In this document: positions 31,101 through 39,837 of the stretch, one piece after another
Position numbering within the stretch: the stretch's first letter is position 1
How the letters are laid out: every line of letters starts with the position of its first letter
NCBI GenBank assembly: GCA_963770835.1
Contig: CAVYRH010000007.1
Coordinates: 32,001 to 96,000, forward strand
DNA length: 64,000 bases
Reading direction: 5' to 3'
Origin: an uncultured Pseudomonadota bacterium
Lineage (GTDB): Bacteria > Oederibacteriota > Muellerivitia > Muellerivitales > Muellerivitaceae
Made by a program: the position numbers and the translations under genes
Notes under the pieces: model-generated
What the model saw: the letters and a program-made list of their open reading frames with translations, nothing else
What the model was told of the DNA's origin: nothing
Database searches by the model: none

Positions 31101-31370
31101 GGCGTGGCCGAGTTCCTCCTCCAGCTTGTCCATGCTCGTACCGCAGGCCGCCGCGTAATGGGCTTTTTGGGTCAACAGAAATTCGGCGTAATTGGTTTGG
31201 GCATCTTTTAAATCGGCGTAGGTCTTTTGGAGTGAAAGGATGATCTGGTGGGAGTGGTCAATCCATTCGGTGTCGGTTTCCAGCCTTTGGATGCTGAAGT
31301 AAGCGATGGCCCCCAGGATCAGGAGGAAGAAAAAGGTAACGCCCAATATCAATTTGACTTTCGCGCTCAT
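28119..31370 (-). CDS. CHASE3 / five-PAS sensor histidine kinase
   Basis: TM-CHASE3-like (WIDHS..II..L..DAQT)-TM; five PAS-PAC units ending in DIT or DIS/NIT/DVT variants; SHQLKTP; NAIKCT; DTGIGM; GAGLGL. Confidence 0.92.
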   Translation of the reverse strand: MSAKVKLILGVTFFFLLILGAIAYFSIQRLETDTEWIDHSHQIILSLQKTYADLKDAQTNYAEFLLTQKAHYAAACGTSMDKLEEELGHAESLTAGDAILNKGVGRLRTLIEKKSTSMRVGLAYVKAGRPDLAVRPIQMEDEKQTDREIKDLVDQISGVQIWLLKTRKAFEQTGTQNNLRFMFLGTAFALLACGLAVVSINRQIHERQEAVNGLRASEEKFRFLAETANEAFITSSAAGLITDINPAGEILFGYSKPEMIGKPLTQLMPERFVQEHGPNSFEKFVSMAVEIKTMELYGRRKDKFEFPLELSVSRWETKEGVFFTTIVRDITERKFFIKTLLNNEHRLFQFLDVLPVAITVRDPSGAPYYANLAAHEMFGSEAVKSQAGPEKSSETYNLYSTETGEPYPVERLPIIRALAGEKTHVDDIEIRRSSRVSPLEVWGAPILDENGMVKFALTACIDISLQRQIMETLREREEFFRNLFEESPIGMTLTFSDGIFVNVNRAFSSMLGYSKNELVGHPYTDFTFSGDQPVEKNLNQKLFDKILPHYQVESRYISKKGDILWCKVSASTVLDIKNEPLFRLAVIENITDQKMSEMVLKESEERFRTLTESANDAIISADSKGLVIFFNPTAEKIFGYTQAEVLGRPFSQLMSEASWKGNFQLIQNYLASGKETIPGRTFVLTGKRKNGGEFPAQISYFSWKTGAGLFFTSIMRDITEQKAAETALKESEEKFRAVTESANEAIISADSYGHIIYSNSAASRLFGYSRTEINGRPFVSLLAEKSYSGHADDFRRAFAGGTSPLVGRNTEWVGLSNEGREFPLELSLYTWFTDAGVFITSIMRDVTERKQIEEMKNDLISVVSHQLKTPVAEINGYIENLLDGLAGNLTPKQQEYLSDMREIGVENYRLISDLLSLSKIERGVMTVNLKPISLQQIVDSSIRDYENIIQRKSLQLVLEKGGEETLVQADSEKTVETVRNIINNAIKCTDQGSITIRTSIYGDFGVIEIRDTGIGMSPVTLQRLFIKERVMGTEASRSGAGLGLYIAKSFMKLQNGDIEVVSELGKGSAFFVKIPRVKGDGYV

Positions 31371-31528
31371 GGAGCCTTGGGCCCCCTCGTGGGCATTAGG
31401 TATCGGGTTTTCGTATCAGCCCAGGCAACAGTTTACTGGATTTAAAATGGCATTTCTTGAAAAGGAATGGGGCCCGGTAAAAACGCCTATTATTCGTCTC
31501 ATTTTCAATAGAAACCGGAGGTTAGGAG

Positions 31529-31700
31529 CGCCGCAGTCCTTTTAGCTGGGTTAGGGGACTCGCATGCCAGCCGACGCTAGTTGCGCCAGACGCAGCGGTC
31601 AAGATTCCGGTACTGGATGGCCTCGGCCCCATTCCCTCGGGATGGGACCGCCCAGGCTCGCTTCTCGCCTTGAAGGCTCGTCGCATGACGGCCTGCGGCG
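31529..31700. ncRNA. Candidate structured RNA or palindromic element, 172 nt, unassigned
   Basis: Ends CGCCGCAG/CTGCGGCG pair perfectly; internal CATGC/GCATG, AGCC/GGCT, TCAAG/CTTGA pairs and three hairpins. Confidence 0.4.
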
Positions 31701-31712
31701 AAATAAAACTAT

Positions 31713-33248
31713 CTAGTTTCTCCAGACGCTCCGGTCCAAATTGCGATATTGAATGGCCTCAGCGATATAGGCGGGTTGGATGGCCTCGACGCCATCCAGG
31801 TCGGCGATAGTACGGGCGACTTTTAATATGCGGTCGTAAGCCCGGGCCGAGAGGCCGAATTTCTCCATGGCCGTTTTCAGGAGCGTTTGGGAGGGTTCGT
31901 CCAAACCGCAGTATTTCCGGAGTTGGGAAGTCCCCATCTGGGCATTGCAATGCAGGCCTTCTCCTTCGAAGCGCTTTTGCTGTATGTCCCGGGCCCGGCT
32001 GATCCTTTCCCGGATGGTGCCGGAGGGTTCACTGGGCTGGGTGTCCGAGATTTCCTTCCACTTCAAGGCCGGCACCTCGATGTGCAGGTCGATCCGGTCC
32101 AAGAGGGGCCCTGAGATTTTACTCAGGTATTTCTGGATTTGGTGGGGGGTGCAGGTGCATTCCCGGGAAGGGTCGGTGTAATAGCCGCAGGGGCAGGGGT
32201 TCATGGCCGCCGCCAGCATGAACTGGGCTGGAAAGCTTAGGGTGGACTGGACCCGCGCAATCGTGACCATACCGTCCTCCAAAGGTTGGCGTAAAACTTC
32301 CAAGACGTTTTTATTGAATTCCGGAAATTCGTCCAAAAATAAGACGCCATGATGCGCCAAACTAACTTCACCCGGTTTTGGAATAGTCCCACCACCAATG
32401 AGGCCCGCATCTGAAACCGTATGGTGTGGAGAGCGGAAGGGCCGCACGGCGGTCAAGGCTTTGCGTCGTCCCAGGGTTCCCGCTATGGAGTGAATCTTGG
32501 TAGTTTGGATGGCTTCCTCCAATGAGAGGGAAGGAAGGATTGTCGGCAGGCGCTTGGTCAGCATGGTTTTGCCCGAGCCCGGAGGACCGACCAGTAAAAT
32601 ATTATGGCCCCCCGCCGCCCCGATTTCCAAGGCTCTTTTGGCGTTCTCTTGCCCTTTGACGTCGGAGAAATCGACCTTGTAGGACGAATGGTTGCGGAAC
32701 TCCTCTTCGATATTCACTTGAATGCGTGGGAGCTTTTTGGCGCCGCTCAGGAATTCGAAGGTTTCGCGAAGGTTTTTCACCGCGTAAACCGGCACTTCCT
32801 GGACCACTGCCGCTTCCTTGGCGTTTTCGGAGGGCACCAGCAACCCCTTCACATGGGCTTCCCGGGCCGCCAGGGCGATGGAAAGTGCACCCCGGATGGG
32901 CCGGATTTTTCCGTCTAGGGCCAGTTCGCCCACCATCCAAAAATCCTCCACGGCATTTTGGGGCAGGCGCTCGGAGGCGACGAGGATGCCGACCGCCATG
33001 GGCAAGTCGAAGGAAGGGCCTTCTTTTTTGGTATCGGCAGGGGCCAGGTTGACGGTGATGCGTTGGATGGGGAAGTTAAAATGGGAATTGGTGATCGCGC
33101 TTTTGACCCGGTCCTTGGATTCCTTGACGGCGGCGTCGGGTAATCCTACGGTTTGGAAAGTGGGAAGGCCGGGGGCGATATCGACTTCCACCTCCACGGC
33201 GTAGGCGTCGATCCCCAGGAGGGCGGCGCTTTTGATGTTACCGAGCAT
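31713..33248 (-). CDS. comM: YifB/ComM family Mg-chelatase-like AAA+ ATPase
   Basis: [65 protein letters not shown]. Confidence 0.93.
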   Translation of the reverse strand: MLGNIKSAALLGIDAYAVEVEVDIAPGLPTFQTVGLPDAAVKESKDRVKSAITNSHFNFPIQRITVNLAPADTKKEGPSFDLPMAVGILVASERLPQNAVEDFWMVGELALDGKIRPIRGALSIALAAREAHVKGLLVPSENAKEAAVVQEVPVYAVKNLRETFEFLSGAKKLPRIQVNIEEEFRNHSSYKVDFSDVKGQENAKRALEIGAAGGHNILLVGPPGSGKTMLTKRLPTILPSLSLEEAIQTTKIHSIAGTLGRRKALTAVRPFRSPHHTVSDAGLIGGGTIPKPGEVSLAHHGVLFLDEFPEFNKNVLEVLRQPLEDGMVTIARVQSTLSFPAQFMLAAAMNPCPCGYYTDPSRECTCTPHQIQKYLSKISGPLLDRIDLHIEVPALKWKEISDTQPSEPSGTIRERISRARDIQQKRFEGEGLHCNAQMGTSQLRKYCGLDEPSQTLLKTAMEKFGLSARAYDRILKVARTIADLDGVEAIQPAYIAEAIQYRNLDRSVWRN

Positions 33249-33376
33249 GAACCCTACCCGAATTGGAATGAGGCGTTGGAAAGGGTGTAGGAGGGGTATA
33301 TAACAAGCGTTCCCGGAATTATCAACAAAATATGCACCACAAACCCTGCAAAACTCCCGCAAAAGGGGCGTTTTGC

Positions 33377-33405
33377 TTGAAAAAGGCCTAGAGCGCGGGT
33401 AAGAT
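33377..33405 (+). promoter_or_regulatory. Sigma-70-type promoter
   Basis: TTGAAA-N17-TAAGAT upstream of ATG33449. Confidence 0.55.
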
Positions 33406-33448
33406 ACCGCCTCTGTTGCCCGCTAAAAACCCATCAAAGGTGCTATTC

Positions 33449-33732
33449 ATGAACCAAACGCCAACGGCCGAAAAAGTCAAAGTGACCATTCACGAGAAGG
33501 ATTTCGAGGTTGAAGTATTTGAGAAGGACAGGGAAAATTATTCGCCAAAAGCCACGTGAATAATTTTGGTGAGATTATGGTTCCCGATTTCGGGGGTGGA
33601 AGGGAAAAGGCCCTCCAAAATATCCAGGCCCGCATCGGAAATATCATGACTGCCATGCAAGCGGATGAGGCCCGTGAGGCCCGCCGGAAGGAATGGGAAG
33701 AAGAACAGGCCAAGAAACAGCAGGGCCAGTAA
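33449..33732 (+). pseudogene. Small hypothetical protein (about 94 aa) split by a one-base frameshift; not in the ORF track
   Basis: MNQTPTAEKVKVTIHEKDFEVEVFEKD continues in the -1 frame as KLFAKSHVNNFGEIMVPDFGGG...EARRKEWEEEQAKKQQGQ*; has its own promoter, AAGGTG RBS and terminator. Confidence 0.6.
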
Positions 33733-33808
33733 GCCGGCTGCCACCGGCCACTCGACAGTTCGTGCCCCGGCTTAACGGCCGGGCACTGAGGGGATCCCCC
33801 CCTCTTTG

Positions 33809-33840
33809 AAGCCTCGGATCCCCATCCGGGGCTTTTTTTT
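33809..33840 (+). terminator. Rho-independent terminator
   Basis: AAGCCTCGGAT-CCCC-ATCCGGGGC followed by T8. Confidence 0.8.
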
Positions 33841-33843
33841 ACA

Positions 33844-33955
33844 CCAGTTGGCAGTTCACAGTCCGCAGCTATGGATTTGAAAGCCAAGTCATTAAGGTTG
33901 GTTTGGGTTTGCCGGGATTGGCTGCGAACTGCTAGCTGCCGACTGCCAGCTGCCG
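33844..33955. repeat. 7-nt-periodic inverted repeat
   Basis: CCAGTTG GCAGTTC ACAGTCC GCAGCTA ... reverse arm GCAGCTG GCAGTCG GCAGCTA GCAGTTC. Confidence 0.75.
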
Positions 33956-34411
33956 TTATTCGATCCAGAAGCTGATAACTTCCAGGTTTTTGTTGGCTTG
34001 GCGGAGACGGTTCGAAAGTACCTTGATGATGATATCCATCAATTTCAAGGCCGTATGGGGTTTTTCACGGCGTAATTTCTGGTAGCCGTCCAGGGAGACC
34101 ATGAGGACCTCGCTGTCGGCGGTGGCGCGTACCGTAGCGGAGCGGGGAAGCCCGTCCAAAAGGGCCATTTCCCCGAAAAACTCGCCAGGGTTCAAAACTG
34201 CGATGGTGTTTTCCTGGTTTTTCACCTTTTTAAGAATCTTCACCGAACCCGACTTGATGACATACATGCTGTCGCCCTTGGAGTCCTCGTCGAAAACCAG
34301 CTCATCCTTCTTGACGGATTTTTCTTCGCCCACAGAGCCCAGGGCCTCCAGGTCGTTTCCATCAAAGGTTTTGAAGGGGGCGTATTTGGCGAGGTAACTC
34401 ACATCAGGCAT
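33956..34411 (-). CDS. Stand-alone cyclic-nucleotide-binding domain protein (no HTH)
   Basis: GDSMYVIKSGSVKI, PGEFFGEMALLDGLPRSATVRA phosphate-binding cassette. Confidence 0.9.
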   Translation of the reverse strand: MPDVSYLAKYAPFKTFDGNDLEALGSVGEEKSVKKDELVFDEDSKGDSMYVIKSGSVKILKKVKNQENTIAVLNPGEFFGEMALLDGLPRSATVRATADSEVLMVSLDGYQKLRREKPHTALKLMDIIIKVLSNRLRQANKNLEVISFWIE

Positions 34412-34554
34412 AAAAATCTCCTTGGGTTTTGGTGTCCCTCAATTGTAGGAATCTTCCCTTAAGACGCAAGCCCAAAATCAGCTGTCGGTTAAAACCTAAA
34501 TCCAAGGTCTTTAAAACCGCTCTTGGCACGATGGTTGAGGACAAACGACCGGCG

Positions 34555-36480
34555 TTAAAAGAAACCATGTTTGATTGCGGATTTTTGGGTTTGGGTGTTC
34601 GGCGGGATGGGAGACGCGGGAATGGAAGGCGGCTTCGGGGTGGTGGAGAGGGAAGGCATGGGAACGGGCGTAGGGGGGGCTTGCGGAGCATCTTCCAATA
34701 ATTCATCGTCGCCCATGTGGGAGGATCGGATGGCTTCAACGGCCTCCAGGACCTGGGCTTCCTGTTCCACGCTTTGGGTGTCCACTTGGACAATGGCGTT
34801 CAAGACTTCTTCCTCGTCGAGGACATAGCCGTCAAGGGCGGAAGCGGGTAGGGGTTGGTCTGGATTGTAGATGGGGATGGAGGAAACGGCTTCTTCTTCC
34901 GGCTGGTAGGCTGATGAGGCGGCTTCGGCCTGGACCGGCTGGGGATGTTGCTCCGGTTGGGGTTCGGAGGCTTTGGCGGTTTCGGGCAGACCTTGAGTTT
35001 CCACGAAGGGAGGTGCGGCAAGGGCGGGCCGGGGAACAGCCTGAGGTTCGACAGTTTCCGGTTTTGAGGTGGCGATCGGCGGCATTGGAGCGGGTTCAGG
35101 GGCCGGAGTTGGGGCAGGGGGCGCCATGGCCGCTGGGGGTTCGGGAGCAGGCGCTGGGGCCTGGATCGGCGAGGGAACTGTTGGGACGGTCGCAGGGGTT
35201 GCCGGGGCGGGCGCCTTGGCCGCAGGGACCGATGGAGCGGCCATCGCCGGAGGCGCCGAGGCTTGGGGGTTTTTGGCCGCTTTGGCCTTGGCCAGGACCT
35301 GTTTTAAGTATTCCTTGGGGTCGGTCAGTTTCACTCCGCCGGCGGACGGCGCAGAGGCGGCCGCTTCGGGTGCCCCCGGAGTGGAAGAAGCGGCGGGCGC
35401 GGTGGCCGCTTCCGTAGGCGCCGGTTCGGAAACCGGAGCGTCCTGTTTTTTCATGTTCAATTGTTTTTCCAGCTCGTCCAGGCTGGTGTTTCTCAATTTG
35501 GCGATGCGGGTTTTGGCCTCGTCCACCATGGCGCCTGTCTCATGGATGCGGACAAACTTCTCGTATTCCGCCACGGCTTTTTCCACGATGCCCTTGTTCT
35601 CGTAAACCTGGCCCAGGATGAAATGGGCGTTGGCGTAGCTGGGTTCCAGCTGGATGGCGACGCGGTATTCCTTGATGGCTTGCTTGTAAAGGCGGAGCTT
35701 GTCGTAAATCAAGCCTACCGTGTTGTGGATCTTGGCGCTTTGCGGGTTGAGGGTGATGACCTGGCCGAAAGTCTCAAGGGCCTTTTGCAAATCCCCTTTG
35801 CGCTCATAGGCGAACCCCATGGACATGAAGGCCGCCTCAAAGCGGGGGTCCAGCCGGGTGGCCTCCAGGAAGGATTTGATGGCCTTATCATGGAGTTCCT
35901 GTTTGGCGTAGAGGGTGCCCATGTCGTAGGCCACCTTGGCCTTGTTCTTTCCCGACTTGGCGGCTTCCTCCAGCCGTTTCAGCGCCACGTCCATATTACC
36001 GGCGGTGTCCTTGTCGATTCCCAGGCGGTGGTAGGACTCGGCGTAGGAGGGATCCAATTCCACGGCGGTTTGGAAGACCTGCATGGCTTGGGCGAACTGG
36101 CCCAATTCATAATAAACGTTCCCCAGGTTATTGTAGAAGGTGGCGACCTTGGGGTTGCGGGCAATGGCGTCCTCAAAGGTCTTGATGGCTTCCTTGTATT
36201 TCTCGCAGCGGGCCAGGGTCAGTCCCAGGTTGTTCCAGGCCTCGGGAGAATTGTTGTCAATGGAAATGACCTTCTTGAAAATCTGGATGGCGTCGTCATA
36301 TTGGCCCATGTCGGAATAAATAAAGCCCATGGCCGTATGGGCTTCCTTGTAGTTGGGATCGATATCCAGCGCTTTTTGCAGTTCCTTCAGGGCTTTGGCC
36401 GTATCACCCTGCTCGGAAAGTTTTTGCGCGGATTCGACCAGTTCTTTTTTCTTGTCGTCCTTGCTGCCGAAGAGTCCCAT
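34555..36480 (-). CDS. TPR-repeat protein with long Pro/Ala-rich C-terminal region
   Basis: About 9 TPR motifs (AWNNLG, YNNLGNVY, AHFILG) followed by about 250 aa of low-complexity P/A/E sequence. Confidence 0.88.
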   Translation of the reverse strand: MGLFGSKDDKKKELVESAQKLSEQGDTAKALKELQKALDIDPNYKEAHTAMGFIYSDMGQYDDAIQIFKKVISIDNNSPEAWNNLGLTLARCEKYKEAIKTFEDAIARNPKVATFYNNLGNVYYELGQFAQAMQVFQTAVELDPSYAESYHRLGIDKDTAGNMDVALKRLEEAAKSGKNKAKVAYDMGTLYAKQELHDKAIKSFLEATRLDPRFEAAFMSMGFAYERKGDLQKALETFGQVITLNPQSAKIHNTVGLIYDKLRLYKQAIKEYRVAIQLEPSYANAHFILGQVYENKGIVEKAVAEYEKFVRIHETGAMVDEAKTRIAKLRNTSLDELEKQLNMKKQDAPVSEPAPTEAATAPAASSTPGAPEAAASAPSAGGVKLTDPKEYLKQVLAKAKAAKNPQASAPPAMAAPSVPAAKAPAPATPATVPTVPSPIQAPAPAPEPPAAMAPPAPTPAPEPAPMPPIATSKPETVEPQAVPRPALAAPPFVETQGLPETAKASEPQPEQHPQPVQAEAASSAYQPEEEAVSSIPIYNPDQPLPASALDGYVLDEEEVLNAIVQVDTQSVEQEAQVLEAVEAIRSSHMGDDELLEDAPQAPPTPVPMPSLSTTPKPPSIPASPIPPNTQTQKSAIKHGFF

Positions 36481-36609
36481 GATTTTTGCCGTTTAACCCT
36501 AGAGAAATTTGAGGAATTGGAGAGGTGCCATATTTTATCGCCGGTTCTTTTGAAAGGTCAACGTGAACCGGCTTTTTCTTTGGTTTGGAAGGCGTGAATT
36601 AATTTTTGG

Positions 36610-37992
36610 TTAAGCGCGGGGAAAACCAGGGGGCATGGCGCCAGGTGGAAATCCCGCGCCCCGCCCGCTCATCAGATTCTGCAGGTTGCGGTCGGCTCCC
36701 CCTTTTTTCACCATCTTCCGCATCATGTCATATTGCTTTAAAAGAGTGTTGATTTCATCGGGGCGGGTGCCGCTGCCCGAGGCGATACGGCGTTTCCGGG
36801 AACCATCCAATAATTGGGGAAAGCGCCTTTCCTTGGCCGTCATGGAAAGCAAGATCGCCTCCATCCGTTTGATTTTTTTCTCATCCGGCGCATTGGCCAT
36901 CATTTGTTGTTTTTGGGCCTGGGCGCCGGGGAGCATGTTGATGATTTCGTTCATGGAGCCCATTTTTTTGAGTTGGCGGATCTGGTCCAGCATGTGGTCC
37001 AGGTTGAAGTCGTTACCCTTGACGGCCTTCTGCTTTTCAAAGGACGATTGCCGGGCGACTTCTTCGGCTTTCTCGATCAGGGTCAGCATGTCGCCCATCC
37101 CGAGGATGCGGGAAGCCATGCGGTCCGGGTAAAAGGGCTCCAAGCCCTCCATTTTCTCGCTCACCCCGACGAATTGGATGGGGACCCCCGTGACGGAAGT
37201 AATGGAAAAAATGGCCCCACCCCGGGCGTCGCCGTCGGCTTTGGTCAGGACTAGGCCCGTCAAGGGCAGGCGGGCGTGGAAAGAGGTGGCCACATTGACG
37301 GCGTTTTGGCCCGTCATGGCGTCCACAACCAGCATGATATTGGTGGGCTTCAATTTTTTATGGATTTCGGCGATCTCCTCCATCATGTGCTCGTCGATCT
37401 GGAGGCGGCCCGCCGTATCCAATATGAGGATGTTGGCATCGTTCTGAAGGCAGGTCTTGACGGCCCTCACGCAGACATCCAGCGCTTTTTCTCCACCCTC
37501 GGGCTTGAAGATGGGAACGCCGATCTCCTTGGCCAATACGGCCAACTGGTCGATGGCGGCGGGACGGACAAGATCGGCGGCCACCAAGCCCGGTTTTCGG
37601 CCGTCCTTCTTCAACCACAAGGCCAGCTTGGCGGCCGTGGTAGTTTTGCCGGTTCCCTGGAGGCCGGCTAAGAGAATCAGGGTGGGGGGGGCTGGCGCGA
37701 ACTTGAGCTTGGTGGCGTTCTTGTCCTTGGGGGTCAGGAGGGCAATCAGTTCTTCGTGGACGATCTTGACCATGACCTGCCCCGGGGTGAGGCTTAAGGC
37801 CACTTCCTTGCCGAGGGCCTTGATTTTGATCCTTTCGAGGAAAAGCTTGACGGTCTCGAGGTTGACATCGGCGTCCAAAAGGGCCAGGCGGACTTCCTTC
37901 AAGGCTTCCTCGACGTTTTCCTCGCTGATCTTTCCTTGGCCGCGGAGGTTCTTGAAGACTTTTTGGATTTTTTCGGTGAGTTGCTCGAACAT
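36610..37992 (-). CDS. ffh: Signal recognition particle protein Ffh
   Basis: ALLDADV, GLQGTGKTT, DTAGR, TKADGDARGG, PDRMASRILGMGD, M-domain SRKRRIASGSG. Confidence 0.97.
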   Translation of the reverse strand: MFEQLTEKIQKVFKNLRGQGKISEENVEEALKEVRLALLDADVNLETVKLFLERIKIKALGKEVALSLTPGQVMVKIVHEELIALLTPKDKNATKLKFAPAPPTLILLAGLQGTGKTTTAAKLALWLKKDGRKPGLVAADLVRPAAIDQLAVLAKEIGVPIFKPEGGEKALDVCVRAVKTCLQNDANILILDTAGRLQIDEHMMEEIAEIHKKLKPTNIMLVVDAMTGQNAVNVATSFHARLPLTGLVLTKADGDARGGAIFSITSVTGVPIQFVGVSEKMEGLEPFYPDRMASRILGMGDMLTLIEKAEEVARQSSFEKQKAVKGNDFNLDHMLDQIRQLKKMGSMNEIINMLPGAQAQKQQMMANAPDEKKIKRMEAILLSMTAKERRFPQLLDGSRKRRIASGSGTRPDEINTLLKQYDMMRKMVKKGGADRNLQNLMSGRGAGFPPGAMPPGFPRA

Positions 37993-38077
37993 GAAGACAT
38001 TTCCTGTCATAGATATAAGGGGCGGTCGATTTTAAGGCCAATCCTGCCAAAAGAAAAGGCGGGGTTGTGGCGGGTGC

Positions 38078-38575
38078 TTAATTTGTTTCCTTGAGCGCCT
38101 GAAACGCCCAATCAAGCAGGATTTTTTTATCCGGTGCGCTTAACGGCTGGCCGAATTTTAAAACCTTTTGGATTTCGGGTGGCATCCATCCTTTTTGAAG
38201 CGCCCTCACCATATCCTTCAAATCATCCTTCGGATTGTCACTGCCAGGAAAGGGAAAGGTGATATCCATCCGAAGTTCGTTTTGAGCTTTGGCAATAGTT
38301 TTTACGGCTTTTTTCCTCAAAGCGGGATCTTGGATGCCATCGGTGCCTTGGGGCTGGGGCCCATGGCAGGCAAAACAACTTTGCCGGAGGATTGGAAGGG
38401 CTGTTTTCGAAAAATCAGATCGAATGGACGGGGCCGGGGAGACGGAAGGAGTCCCTGTGGTTTTGTTATCGGCTTGGAGAACGGAAGCCGCAAAAAGGAT
38501 TCCGGCCAGCGGGGTGAAAAAAACGGCTTTGGCTTTCCGCGTTTTGGGAAGGGGCATTTCTTTTACTTTGATCAT
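38078..38575 (-). CDS. Secreted mono-heme c-type cytochrome-like protein
   Basis: Signal peptide; PILRQSCFACHG; distal MPP; LS..DKKILLDW. Confidence 0.75.
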   Translation of the reverse strand: MIKVKEMPLPKTRKAKAVFFTPLAGILFAASVLQADNKTTGTPSVSPAPSIRSDFSKTALPILRQSCFACHGPQPQGTDGIQDPALRKKAVKTIAKAQNELRMDITFPFPGSDNPKDDLKDMVRALQKGWMPPEIQKVLKFGQPLSAPDKKILLDWAFQALKETN

Positions 38576-38646
38576 TTCTCCGGTTTCACCGGCTGGTGGA
38601 TTTTGAGGTAATTTCAAATCAAAACTATGCTTCCCCTAAAACTTCA

Positions 38647-39264
38647 TTAGGATTTTTCGCCCAATAGAATTTCCAGGTCCTTGTCCAGGGTCAAAAGGGA
38701 TTGCTCATCGTCACTGTTGTAATAGCCGCGGATCCGCCCTTGGCGGTCCACGAGAGTGAACCGGATGCTGTGCACGAAATCGGAATCCGGTCCCCCTTGG
38801 GCCGGGAGTTTGAATCCGTTTTTCGCGAGCCGGGTCACGTCCTCGTAATTACCAGTCAAAAAGGACCAGCTGTTCGTATCCGCGCCGTAATCCTTAGCGT
38901 ATTGAGCCAGTTCCCCTGGAGTGTCCCGGGGGTCCATGGTAAAGGAAACGAAATAAATACCTTTCCCCTTCCACTGCTCTTGGACCTTTTCCATGACTTT
39001 GGTCATAAGGGGACACTGGGTGGTGCAATGGACATACATAAAATCCGCCACCCAAACTTTTCCCTTCAAATTATCCAATGTGAATTTTTTTCCATGGGTA
39101 TCCGTCAGGGAAAAAGCGGGTATGTTTCCAAGGGGTTGGAGGGTCCGGGGCGGTTTATCCGTTAATATCGCAAAAGCCAGGGCTGCCACCAGGAGGGCGG
39201 CGAAAACGTAAACAAAAATCTCCTGGCGGTCCAGCCTGGTCCGTTCCATGGTGGTCGTGTTCAT
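38647..39264 (-). CDS. SCO1/SenC family copper chaperone
   Basis: N-terminal TM; FMYVHCTTQCP (CxxxC); DP.DTP; conserved His in FVHSIRFTLVD. Confidence 0.92.
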   Translation of the reverse strand: MNTTTMERTRLDRQEIFVYVFAALLVAALAFAILTDKPPRTLQPLGNIPAFSLTDTHGKKFTLDNLKGKVWVADFMYVHCTTQCPLMTKVMEKVQEQWKGKGIYFVSFTMDPRDTPGELAQYAKDYGADTNSWSFLTGNYEDVTRLAKNGFKLPAQGGPDSDFVHSIRFTLVDRQGRIRGYYNSDDEQSLLTLDKDLEILLGEKS

Positions 39265-39276
39265 GATGACGTCCTG

Positions 39277-39612
39277 TTAATGGCTGTTCATGGCGTCGGG
39301 TGTGGAAGAGGGGGCGGCGTCCGCAGGCGCCTTTGATTTCACCAAGTCCATCCCGCATTTGGGGCATTTCCCATCCTTGGTCCTTGGGCCGCTGTAGTCT
39401 CCCATGGGACAAACCCAAACGACCTTGGTTTTCTTTTTCTTCTGGACTTTTTTGGACTTCGGCTGAACGGCCCGGGTGGCTTGAACCGTCGGCTGCGATG
39501 AGGCGGGCGTAGACATGGCCATTCCGGACATGTTATCCGCCCAAACAGTGGTGGAAAGAATTCCAAAGAGTGACAGAATTGCCATCGAACGGCTTAAAAA
39601 ATTGGTTTTCAT
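39277..39612 (-). CDS. Secreted heavy-metal-binding protein
   Basis: Signal peptide, MSGMAM, WVCPM...GKCPKCGMDLV; AAGGAG RBS. Confidence 0.82.
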   Translation of the reverse strand: MKTNFLSRSMAILSLFGILSTTVWADNMSGMAMSTPASSQPTVQATRAVQPKSKKVQKKKKTKVVWVCPMGDYSGPRTKDGKCPKCGMDLVKSKAPADAAPSSTPDAMNSH

Positions 39613-39837
39613 TTTTTCTCCTTAATGAAGTTGTTCCCCTCCGGGCCGGAACCTGGAAGGGATTTTCGAACGGTTTTTACTGGAAAAACTACGGCTTGGT
39701 GGATTAAAAATTGTGGCGGGGGTGTCACACTTTTCGAACGGCGCGGACACATCGAGGGAAAAGTTTCCCTCGATGGTTTCAAACTCAAATATTCATAATT
39801 GGCGAGAGTCCGCGGGACCAATAGAGATCAGTCCGTC

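Noticed and set aside
34523..34539. TTGGCACGATGGTTGAG sigma-54-like site on the + strand
   Set aside because: Lacks the -12 GC and points antisense into the TPR gene; not supportable without TSS data
34914..36597. Plus-strand ORFs opposite the TPR/Pro-Ala gene
   Set aside because: Shadow ORFs of low-complexity, GC-rich codons
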